Of a stretch of 64,000 bases of DNA, positions 36,315 through 48,049 are shown one piece after another. The stretch lies in contig CM121343.1 of NCBI GenBank assembly GCA_051530055.1, positions 1,334,389 to 1,398,388 on the forward strand. Reading direction: 5' to 3'. The stretch's first letter is position 1; every line of letters starts with the position of its first letter. The position numbers and the translations under genes were made by a program. A model generated the notes under the pieces. The model had not been told where the DNA came from. It saw nothing but the letters and a program-made list of their open reading frames with translations, and made no database searches. This stretch comes from Neoechinorhynchus agilis (taxonomy: Eukaryota > Animalia > Acanthocephala).

Positions 36315-37226
36315 ATTTGTTGAAAATGTGTACTGGGCGCAAAATTACAATAGTGAACTCAAATGCAACATATGATTTAAATTACATTTTGTTAAAATGT
36401 AATTATGAAAGTCCCCATAAAATGCAATCAATGTAGCGACCTATTTCACAAATACATTTCGTCTCTTTGCAGGATAAAGGGCTGCCAGAAGAGAATCCAT
36501 CGACATCTTAAAAATGTCTTAAAGTTTTTGCCTTCATTTCTGACATTTCCAGCATTTAATTCTGGTGTTCCGGTTGGAAAATAATAAATGTTTATTGGTT
36601 TTTCGCGATGGTGCACCAATTACTCTCTATCTCTGATATCCAATAGCATTTTCACCAACATAATCCAGTTCCAGATCCGGTATAAACATCATAAAAGACT
36701 TCCTTCATCTTTGATTTCCACGGAATTCACTGAAAAAAGAAAGGGAGGGTTCACGTAGTTATACGAAGAACGTTTCTATAGCTTATTACAACGTATCAAA
36801 TGCTTTTACGCTACCCTCTCACACTGTTCTTAAAATCTCGGAACTATTTTTTACAAGAGATTGGTCCGAGATTGTTGATCTCCGGAGATTCTCACGATGC
36901 TTTCTAACTCCATCTCAACCTAGATTGAAATCTGTAATTGGCTTCTCTGGAGGCTTACAATCTTTTATCTTAAGAAAATGGAAAGCGAAACTTCTCATAC
37001 AAGAAGAGAACGGTGATTTTGCCTATCAAGTTCTATCGATGATCAATCCCTCTTATTCACTCTTTCCTTCTCTAGGAATGCACTTGATCATTGCTAATTT
37101 TTATGTTGCACCTTCTAGGCCCGGACTTTGATTGAAGGTCCCGCCCGGAAATCAGAAAAAAGAGAATCGCAAATTATTTTGCGGAAATTCTCAATTCGCC
37201 ATTATCGTCTTTGGAAGTGAGTCCTG

Positions 37227-38150
37227 CACGTCGTCGGCATATGCCATGTAGGAGGCGCGTATCTCAGGATACCTGCGACCTCTTTTCTTCAACAGAAGAA
37301 ATCCATCTTCATCATTCGGTAGTGCCCATCTCATTACCCAATCAAGCACCAAGATGAAGAGGAAAGGAGCCAATTTGTCGCCCTGCAGAACACCTGAAGT
37401 GGTGGAAAAGTTTTCTGTCAAACCGTCAGCTGTCTTTACGGCGGACCTTGTGTTATTATATAATGCCATAATGGATGTGACAACGATCGGCGCACTCCAT
37501 ACTCCATTAAGATACCGCCAATCATCGTTCGATTTACCGAATCGAAAGCTCGACGGAAATCAACAAATACCAGCGTCACATTCGTTCGATAAATTCGTGC
37601 CTCCTCGAGGATCCTCCTCAAATCCAATATGTGCTCTGTCGGGCCTCGACCTTTCCTGGAGCCGTTCTGTTCAATTCTTAGAAACGGTTCGAGGATCGGC
37701 TGAATTCGGCGTCTCAAAATACTGCTGAAAAGTTTTGCCGTGTTGGACATCAAGGATATACCTCTGTAGTCCTCCACCTTTGTCGACTAGCATATCTTGG
37801 GGATTATTGTTAAATGCACCGTTTGCCAGATTTGAGGTACTGAGCCACCATTTATTATGCTATTCATTATCGGTATGATCTTCCCGGCAATAGATTCAAA
37901 CCTCAGTACCTCTGCAATTATCCCATCTGGACCTGATGCACGTCCCGCACGCATCATTTTCACCGCAGTTAATGGATTTGTGAATCTTCTTTATGAGGGG
38001 AAGGTCCCAGGCCGACTGCTTGTGATCATTTTCCGGAAGGTGCGGAATCTCTGTCCGGGATTGCCAAATCGATAAACCGTCCAAATAATGTTGCGAGTTT
38101 TGTCTCATGTTGGAAAGGGCTTCTGCGTACGTTTTGCTGACTCGGTAAGA
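37227..38150 (-). mobile_element. LINE RT N-terminal half (RTE-like)
   Basis: YRGISLMS, EQNGSRKGRG, VFVDFRRAFDSV, GVLQGDKLAPFLFILVLDW, MAYADD. Confidence 0.9.
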
Positions 38151-38293
38151 GGCGAGGAACGCTTACATGTTGTAAAGAATATCTTCATCTCGAAAAAAAG
38201 AAGCTAAAATCACTGCCTCCCATATTTGAATTATTACAATACGAAACCATATAATCTCGGTCTTTTAACGAGAAATTGAACATAAATTAATGA

Positions 38294-39070
38294 TGTCTTG
38301 GATTATTATCTTCGGGGGAAAAGATACTTTCTTTTAGTAGCTATACAAACCCGGATGTAAATTCCTGGATTTATTGCCGATATTTCGTCGGATAATTCTG
38401 ACATTATCAAGACTTATCATCTAAAACACAAGCGCACAAGTGTTATCCTGAGGACTCGTCTGTGAAACGTGGATAAGACGATCATTCTGTACGATACAAA
38501 GGTGGGCAACCTCGCAGGCATCCTTAAAAATAAGCCAAAATATGAGCAACATGAAGTTGTATACGAGGGCCGCTGCAAAGATTGTCCAACCAAATATGCG
38601 GGACAGACGAAACAAGGACTCAGCAAAAGGATCGCAAAACATAGATATGAGTGTAGGCGTTATGATGCTTCCTCAGCTATAGCCAATCACATGCTGAATT
38701 GCAAACATCAAATTGATTTTGATGACGCGATTATCATAAGCGTACAACTAAATTTAAGAAAAATCGACTAATAATGGAAGCCATCGAAATAGGCTGCTCA
38801 GTTCAACCTATGGAAGGCAAAAAAGCGAGCATCAGTTTGAAATTACCGATGAGAAAACAATGGTGCTCTTCTCCGGAGGTTTTAGTGGACAAAATGTCCA
38901 GAAACAAGGGTTTCTCGATCATATCGTATGATAATAACTAGTCTGCAGAATAACACTTGTGTGCTTGTATTTTGGATGATAGGTCTTGATAATGTCGGAA
39001 TTATCCGACGAAATATCAGCGATAAATCTATGAATTTAGATCCGGGTGTGTATAACCATCAGAAGAAAAT
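38294..39070 (+). mobile_element. 5'-truncated PLE (GIY-YIG) flanked by ~117-bp inverted pLTR-like repeats, inserted in a LINE
   Basis: VVYEGRCKDCPTKYAGQT...SAIANHMLNCKHQIDFDDA. IR arms at 38342-38458 and 38938-39054. Imperfect TSD aatta(a)atga. Both arms carry CTTGATAA-T-GTC(G/A)G-aattat-CCGAC-GAAA-TATC. Confidence 0.8.
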
Positions 39071-39076
39071 AATTAA

Positions 39077-39800
39077 ATGAGTTATTTGTTGAAGAAAAAT
39101 TCTATTCACGGATTTATCCCTGGTAGGGGTGTTCATACCCTACTAGAAGATCTTAACACTACGAATAATGATTTTATTAATGTTAATAAATTTTTACTTC
39201 AGTTGGATCTCAATAAGGCTTTCGACTGTGTTAACCGTAACGTCATTTATGAGGCTTTAAATTTTCCCTAAATCCCAATTGATCTAATCTTTAAAATTAA
39301 TAAATTAATAGAATCCAAATCTTTTTACTATGAGGTGGACCCTGATGGTACTTAACTGACTTTCCTCCTCTCACCGAATGCCTTGAAACTATTTTCATGA
39401 AACAATCAAAACGCCTCTCAGCCCTACCACCACAATATCTTCAACATATCGCTCCTTTTTCACATGAGCACAACACTCGAAATCCTAATTCGTTTTACCC
39501 TCCTTCGACCTCGCACCACCCTATACTTGCGCTCCTTTTTCTGTGCTGCCGAATCTTCGGGAATATCATACCTTGAAATGAACCTGAGGAAATACCAACC
39601 TTACAAGCGCTTCTGCAAACAATAACCACCAATTCCCATCAGAACGGGCCTTCCAACCCAACTGGATATTGCCGCCTGCCCGGACTCGTAATCCGCTCCA
39701 AAATAATTTGTTCAATCAGAACTCGAGTGTTTATGAGGACCCAAAGGTACAAGGATCCTCTTCCTTGTGAATCAACTAATAAAACGTGTTATTATTATAA
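39077..39800 (+). mobile_element. LINE RT fragment plus 3' UTR-like end
   Basis: HGFIPGRG...LQLDLNKAFDCVNR, then a C-rich tail, a hairpin and AATAAAACGT. 39505-39790 is related to 53690-54005. Confidence 0.7.
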
Positions 39801-39829
39801 CTACCTCGCTTCAAATCTTTTTATTTACA

Positions 39830-40170
39830 ACAAACAGGGCGCATCCATTGCGGGTATTCTCAAGAGGAAAAACAAACAAGAGACCAAATCAGGGATCTAC
39901 AATATTCCATGTGCGGAATGCTCAAGTGTATACATTGGACAAACTATGCAAGGGATCAAGAAACGGATCTCGCAGGATAAACAGGCTTGCAAGACTTTCG
40001 ATAAATCCTCAGCAATTTCGAACCACCAGCAAACAATCCAACACAATGTGGAATTTGGAAAAGCGGCAAACTTACCCGCGAACCGGATCTAAGAAGAAAA
40101 CTGATTCTTGAGGCCATTCACATCTGAGGAAATCCGACGATGGAAGGCAAAAAATCAAACCAAAAACTGA
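39830..40170 (+). mobile_element. PLE GIY-YIG endonuclease fragment
   Basis: SGIYNIPCAECSSVYIGQT...SSAISNHQ...LEAIHI. Confidence 0.88.
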
Positions 40171-42453
40171 AGCTGCTCGAAATTGTAACAAGATGCATTT
40201 AATTTATAATACTTGAAGACCAGGAATCGCACTTATTACAAAAAAGTAGTTAACAAGCGGGGCACTCGCAATTCTGCTTCTTGAGAACAAATTTTTAGGA
40301 TTTCTGGAAAAGCCTAAAACGACCTCTTTTACTAAGTATCGATGAAATCATGGAAGTGCTCGCGTTCCTTTGTCCAATTGTCACAAACAGACATTAAAAT
40401 ATGGTTTTATTTCCTGACTAACAATTAAAATCAAAAATCTATTCGGTAGCGTTTTCGTTTTCTTCGTTCAACGGAACGCTCCTTTCAGAAGTCTTCTTCT
40501 CCAAAATAAATTTCATAAAATCCATTCTAGAACTTCTCCAATCTGGAGCGTCCAAGCGAACATTTGTTGGCCTTGCATCAAAATAACTTAAAACATCCTT
40601 TCCAGCCAAAATATTCCTTTGTTTGCTAGATTTAAATTGCTCCCTCGCTCGCTCCATTCTGCGACTACATGGCCAACTGTGAATAACCAAAGACGATTTA
40701 AGAAACACTCGTTTGCAGAATTCGCATTCCTGACGCACATCCTCTGGTGTATCATTGCGGTCACTAAATCAATTTTGGTTAATAAAAGACTCTAATTTCA
40801 AATGGACGAAATTATCCTACCTCATTATCCAAGAAATTATTTCGACCAATCGAACTTTGTGATACTTTCATTTGTGCTTCTCATTGCTCAGCAACCAGTC
40901 CGCAATCGCAAACTTCTTTGAGACTTTCAATCGTTATTTTTGAACTAGGCCTGACCTGAAATAGGAGATTACCATTTCTGGGTACACGAATGATCACTTC
41001 AGTTTATAAAAAGTTCACGGAAATGAACAATTATTCACTTTGGGTTAGTGCCCATAACAAGAACAAAAAAGGGCATTTTCAATGGCATTGTACGTCCAAC
41101 CTTCAGCCTTTGCAGTGTGAAATGCTTTAGATACGAACTCTAGCGGTAGGAGCGAATTTTTAGCAAGTTGGGATATCCAAGAAAGGCCACGGGAGATAAA
41201 CCAGTCGAAGCGAAACGACTGTGATTCCGAATCGAACAGAAATGCGAATTGGATTGACGGAAAGTTGTTCACAGACCAACATTTATCGACACAAAATCTC
41301 GAAGACAATCACTAGCAGCGGTATGAAAATAAAATGCGAATTTTACTTTCGACCCTTCATGACGATAGAAAATCTCATTTCCCGAAAATACAAGGAGACA
41401 GAAAAGAGGGCGCAAATAAATCGGTCAGACAAGCCGGAATTTTAAGACGAGATTGGCTGAACACACGCGGACCAAGGTGCAGAGAAGGGCAGCAGCGTCG
41501 AATGTTGCGTTTAACAAGAACAACCAATGTACCCCTTGTTTGTGGAACTGATGATGAAACCGAAGAGGTACGTAACGTCCGTAATAAAATATTCTCTATC
41601 TGGTGAAGACCTAAATAACAAATTGAATCAATTACCGAGGTAGTTTATATCATTTTGAAAGAATTTTCTCTCTGTAGAAAAGATTTAATAATGATACTTC
41701 TTTTATAGAAAGTAAGAGATTGTCTTTATATATCAACGGCTAACTCGCGTGAAATAGTCCTAAATAACAGGATGTCCATGCCATGAACACTTTTTCGTAA
41801 CCCCTTCATTGTTACTAGATTCGATGATCATCATTAAGAGTCTTATGGTTATCACTAATATTGAAAAACATCGGATTTCTTACTACTTTATGGATATTTT
41901 GAATTAAATTGCTGGCTGAATGGTGTTATTTACAAAAACCTTCACTTACCTCTTTAGCCCTTTGTGATCACTATTCCAACCAAAATTTCATCGACTGGAA
42001 ATGGAAACTTATGAATGTCAGAATTGATGAACTATTTGTAAAAAGAACTTTTTAACTAAAAAATTCGCGCTCATACATTTTGTCGAATTCTTGATCTTTA
42101 GTGCAATCAAAAATAATAATATTTTATCCTTTACTTCGCCATTTGTTTATCTCTTAGCGCCTTTAAAAACGCATATTTTCAATCATAATCACAAATGCAA
42201 TTAAATTGACTTTCTTGAAAAATCTATTGTTTCACAAAGAAAACCACTCAATTTTATACTAAATTATTTTCAGTTTATTCTAAGAGGTAAAACATAAATC
42301 CTTTATTTTAGTTTTTATGGTCCAAAAATCATTCATACTATTGATCTGACGGGTTTTGGATTTTTCTACAAAAGATAAGATAAATTTTTGCGCTTATTAC
42401 CAGCAAAAGAAAATTTAACACCCACACATAATTGAAATTTACCAATTGATGCT

Positions 42454-42865
42454 TTATTTTAGCAGCTTGTCGAAGGTATCAAAAAATATATGGCATATCA
42501 ACGGGCTGAAATATAAGACCGTCTGCTTGAAGGGGGAGGTCATTTTGGAACATTTCATTCAAAATTTGTTTATTAAACCTGAGATCGCAAAATCCTTCTT
42601 TTTAATCCGAAAAGGCTCTCGACTTCGGTCTATAGTTTTGTGTTCGATAATAGCACGACAACGAGGCTGCATAATCTCCCTCCATATGAGTTCCGATCGT
42701 TTGTCATAATTAAGTTCCTTACAGGCGGAATGCCCGTTGAATGCCAGGATGTCAAATTTAAGGAATCTAGGAATCTGTGTACCACCCACGACATCCTCCA
42801 CAATCTCCCCATCAAGCAAAGTCTGAGGAAGATGATCTGTAGTGCCACGGTTCGTCACAAACGTA
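42454..42865 (-). pseudogene. RNGTT: Guanylyltransferase fragment, copy D (lacks motif I)
   Basis: TLLDGEIVED...PRFLKFDILAFNGH...REIMQPRCRAI...IDRSREPFRIKKKDF, compared with the human IDKTQEPFSVRNKPF. Confidence 0.9.
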
Positions 42866-44483
42866 TGTAAACAATGGAAGCCAGCCGATTCTCTTTAAAA
42901 CTACACTCGTTTTTAACTAGCATAAACCGATATGAATTATCGGACTTCGCTGTCGCATTTAAAAGCTAGATTAGAGCGATTTTGAAATTCCCGAAAAATT
43001 GTAAATCTTCTTCTTGGTGAACAATCAAACCTGTAATATTCCTCGTTTTCTAATACTTCCACACGGAAACGATGTATTCACTTAGTCAACATGAATCTCT
43101 CATAACCGATCGAGCCGAGAATTGTGCGATCATCAGATTTTTTAGCGGACTTGAAATAGTGATTGGAATTGAAAGACCGATTAAATAATGCAACACCAAG
43201 CAGTGTTCTCTTCAAAAATTAGGTAAGCATCAATTGGGAATATATTCACGATCTAATATTAAATTCAAAGATAAATCTCGAAATGTATTTTGACTATATC
43301 ATTCGTGTGTGTGATAAAAGTCGTACTATTACAATTAAAAAGCCGAATTCATAGATTGTGCAAGAAAACAACTCCGTCGACCACGATTCCTTTGACGAAG
43401 ATTTTGAAAATGCAGAGCCAATTCCAAATACAACAGGTAAGTTTAAAATATGCTTTAAATAAAAATTAATATAATATTTTTAGACGACGACCAAGAAGAC
43501 ATTGCAGATGAAAACTCATTAGAAGATTTGCATAGCGATTCCAGTAATGACTGGTCAGGAATGGATAATTGTGATAACCAAACACATCGAACCATACATC
43601 AAGTTATATCGATTACGTTGTTATCGCTGAAACTTCAACCGCCATCGATTACAGTTCAAAAGACTTTGGCAACTATTCCGATGGAACTATAGAAGGAAGA
43701 ATGCGGCCAGTACGAGTATATAAAAACAAAATCGACCAAAATATAAGATTCGAAGACAGTTGGGAAAAATGCTCTCTTCGTCCGAGGAATACGACGGAAA
43801 ATATATTGAAGTAACTGAGTTGAAGCCACCAGGCGCTTTATCTACTTTCAGAAGCTACGAACGGGCACATATTTCGTGGATAAGACTAATGAAACAAAAG
43901 GAGGAAGACGATAAACATACCGATTGGTCCCACGATACTAAGAAATGCCGCGATTATGATTGGAGAATTTTTCAACAGCGGTGCAAATAGGAAAATCGAA
44001 CAATTACAGCTTTTCGAGTTTGATTGGAAAATTCTATTTGGGGAATCAGATTTGCACGAAGCAGAAAAATCATTATCAGTAAATGATGAGAAATCTGATG
44101 GCAGCGAAGAATCTCCAGTGCAGAAACAATTGTGATTCGTTCATTCGACCATTGCGCCTGGACGGCAGCTAAGTTATCCAGAACGGTGGCGTAAACGTTT
44201 ATAAACTCTCGGGCATTATATTATGGTGGCGATGCTTGCTACAAAGCCAGTAGAAGTATATAGCGTTGAAGATGATAAGGATAAAAAAATAAATATTTGC
44301 AAGTCGTACCTCGACACAAATATTTGGAATGATAGTGCATTTTATTGGCAACTCAGAAATTCCAAGAATAACTCAAATAATGCCAACAACGCATAAAATC
44401 TTTCAATGATACATTTTCGTGCTTCAGCTTGATAAACGAATGATTTTATGCAGGCTGCCAGCTTTACAAGCAGGTTAAATCAT

Positions 44484-46140
44484 AACACAGATTTATTCGA
44501 GAAAAGGACATATACTTGACGGAAACAAGAGCTGTAGATAAAGACTGATCTTTGAAAGATCAAACCACTTTGACGAGTTCTTGTCGACCCAGACGGAGAT
44601 CACAGCCCAAGAATTGGGGAGTTTGAATAGAGCGTTGAGAAAGCTGCGCAGGAACTGCAAGCGTTTGTCAGGCGATCGGCCTCTGGAGTAAAAGACGAGG
44701 CCGGGAATAGCCCATGAATTCCAGATTGTTTTAATTGTCTTAGTTATTTAAGTCGTTCTTGACTGTGAGATTTTTGGTGAAAGTATAACCCAGAATGTTG
44801 ATTTTTAGTAATAAGGAGGAGTATCTTTATGTAGAAGGTCTGCGAAAAATTCTCGGATTTTACGTCTACCCAGAGCGAACTTGGATTTGATAAAAAAAGT
44901 GGGTCTTTTTAAGTTTAGTGAGAGACCCATTTTAGCGAGAGATTGTCGAAGAAGGTCAAAAAGAGAGGATAGGCTCCAGATGGCAGCCAAGTAGTTGGAT
45001 TTCTTTAATTACTACCGTAAGATCGTCCGCATAACGATGAATTGGATAGCGAGGCAAAAATGATGGGAGATAGCCTTGTGGCACCCTTTCACTTGATAAA
45101 AGATCTTATGTGAAGGATCATCTTGAAAATAAAAATGTTTCGACCGACGCGAGCCATGATGTTGTAAGGAAAGTTAAAAAATCTTAAAATATTAACGATA
45201 AAGTCTAAATTCAGATTATCAATAGCTTTCAAGTTATCCACAAGTGATTAAAATATTCATCGACCCGACGTTTGTTGTAAAATTGTGAATGATTTCACGT
45301 AAACAGTATGTACCGATATTCGGGGAAGAAACCCGTGACAGCGTTGATCGATACAATTGTGCTCTCGAATGAAAAACGTATTTCGATGAAGATTACGGAG
45401 TTCTGAATAGAGATGGGCCTCACATGGTCAGCCGAAGACATGACCTTGCGTTTGTTTTTTAGTAGGAAAATCCTCTTGGCCATGTTAATTTCGGCCCACT
45501 CTTCAAGTGGAGCGGAAATCATAAATTTGGAAAGGCTTTTGATATTTGCCGTATTGAAAACATTAGTAGCCTTGAAGGGCAAGAAGGAGCCGTTATTTGA
45601 TGAAAGATTTTTCGAAGGCCAAGATTCCACTATATCAGTCGATTTAAGGTCGAAACGTATATGTAATAAAGGAATAAAGCATTGAGCTGCAGAGAAGGGA
45701 CTGGATCCTTCGGAATGGCGTCAGATGAGAGTCAACCACCGTGCTCAGACCAGGGCACAGAGCTAGCAAAGTGAGTCAGTAGGGAAATACTTATATTGGT
45801 GAGATAGTCACTGAATTCTTTGATAGTATCGAATTTAAGAAATCGACCAAAAAATCAGTTGCGGAATTAAAAAGATGATGAATGTTAATTGCAGAATGCT
45901 AAAATTTCCGAGTAAATATATTTGCGTCGAAATCCCAGACAATCGCATCGTGGCCCGACAAACGAAAAGCGCTGCATGCCTAGGAGCAATAGGTTTAATC
46001 GTGCAATTATTCCTCCAACGGCACAAGTCCAGAAATGAGAAGATTGACCTGGCCGTAAAGGATGGATGCGGCGCTAACAGAATCATTTGTGATTTAGCAG
46101 GTTCAAAATTAGCGTCCACATTTGCATTTCAGCTGCGGGG
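44484..46140 (-). mobile_element. Degraded LINE RT insertion present only in the second copy of the duplicated segment
   Basis: IFLLKNKRK...HVRPISIQNS and MGLSLNLK. It replaces the ~120 bp found at 18020-18140. Confidence 0.6.
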
Positions 46141-46986
46141 GCTGAATTCAAATCTTTTTCTTCGTTCAATGACGACAAAACGATTTCAATTAAATTAAAT
46201 GCTTCAAAAGAGAAGAGATATTGGATAACGGTTTCCAGACAATTTTCGTCCGCGTTGCATACTTTCAAAAATCTAATGAAATCCTAGCAAGAAATTTTTC
46301 TATTAAATCGAGGGTGGAAATTTCCGACAAACTTACATCATGAGATCTCAAGTTGAATCTGTATTTTTGGGGTATTTTTGAAAGTAAAATCTGATGCCTC
46401 CACATATTTCGGAACATCACGTGTATGGTAACCTGAAATAAAAGTAGCCAATCAGCATGCGTCAGTTACCTGTCTTTGTAAAAAACATCGAATTTTAATG
46501 CTAAAGTAGCTGTAAGGTATTAACAACAACTAAGTCGCGTGTTCCGAAACGAATTTTCACGCCTCATGAGTTGTGTGTCATCAATTTTACGGTTCAATCG
46601 ACAGATAAAAATCGACCTCTTTGACACGTATCGGTGTTTCAACCGTAGGCTATCAATACGTTAGTGATATCGTTTGTAATGTCTTGATAAGTGTCGAAAG
46701 CGACACAGTAAAGAATTCCCCAATCAGAATGTTGCAAGTCAGCGGGGTTTTAGTGATATCAAATGTCATAAAATTTGCAGAAATTGCATTAGTTTTAATT
46801 TGGGATTATTTGAAAATCACCGGTCATTCGAAGCGCCGCGTCAGGTTTATAGAAACCTTTTTGATGTTAAGCAACTGATCTTTTTCGTAGATAATTAGAA
46901 AACCAGATAAAGATAGTAAAGCCTCCAAAATCTCGACTAACCATAGTTTCCTAATTTTAGATAGTTCAGAGCTACAGATTTGAAGT

Positions 46987-47842
46987 ATGACGACAAGACA
47001 ACCATTCGGGATAAGGGCACCACCAATCGAGGAAAGCGCACAATTCCTGCGGAACTACATCTCTGGTCAAGCCAATAGTTTCAGTCATCCAGATCCACCA
47101 ACGTTCGACATTATTCACCAAGGTCACCAAATATATAATCCCTTCGATGATGATTTTTTACCTCGATCGAGAAGTCGAAAAAATTTTGGAAAACGCAGAA
47201 GATAATACCATAAATAATTGTGCACCTCCGCCCGGCTTTGATGATTTCACTTTTATTTTCAATGAGTCACCACCAAGCATAGGTGACTTCAGTAACAATC
47301 ATTCATCGATCGGAAATGCAGAATATTGCTTACCTCCACCTGGTTTTGAAAATTGCTCATTTACTCATTACGATAACGAGCCCGAAAACGAAGGATACTT
47401 CTCAACTCCACCAGGTTTCGAGAACGTGACTTTTGATTATTACGATTCACGATCAGGAATGGACGAATATGGCTCACCTCTTCTCTATTTTGAGAATCCG
47501 GCCTTTAACCACGAGGAGCCATGGAATGGAAACGAAGATTACTACGAGTCGTTTCTCGATTTTCAGGAATCAACCGTTATATTTAATGAGTCGTCGTTGG
47601 AATTCGAAAAATACAGCGAGTTTTTCACTTTATTTAGTGAAATCGAGCTAAAAGAACCTCAAAGTCCTTATGTACGCCCAGCGACGTGCAAGATAATAGA
47701 TTTGCAAGACAGTAGCACGCAAACGGAGCCGAATATCGTATCGAAACCTTGGAATGGACTGACAACAATAAAGAATATTATTGATGCCGTTTACCAAGTA
47801 ACCGTTACAGCATTCAACTACTTCAGAATGATATTTTTCTGA
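46987..47842 (+). CDS. Orphan acidic low-complexity protein (~284 aa if one extra T in a homopolymer is removed)
   Basis: ORFs 46987-47205 and 47147-47842 join if T6 near 47155 is T5, as in copy 1. Motifs YNPFDDDF, PPPGF x2, TPPGF, DSSTQTE and a hydrophobic C-terminus. AATAAA lies ~30 nt after the stop. Confidence 0.55.
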
Positions 47843-48049
47843 CCGTTCGCAGTTAAGTATCGATTGTTAATAAAATGTGTTATTATTATATAGTTTTGAA
47901 ACTGTTTGTGAAATTAAAAATGTTTCATATTCGAACAAGGCCTTGGCTCATTAGCACTTGTACGATCATATAAAATTCACATCGTAGCTCCAGCAAATAT
48001 TATTCAAACGGAGGATTAGGAACCTCCGGATCCTTATGGTGATAGAGGA

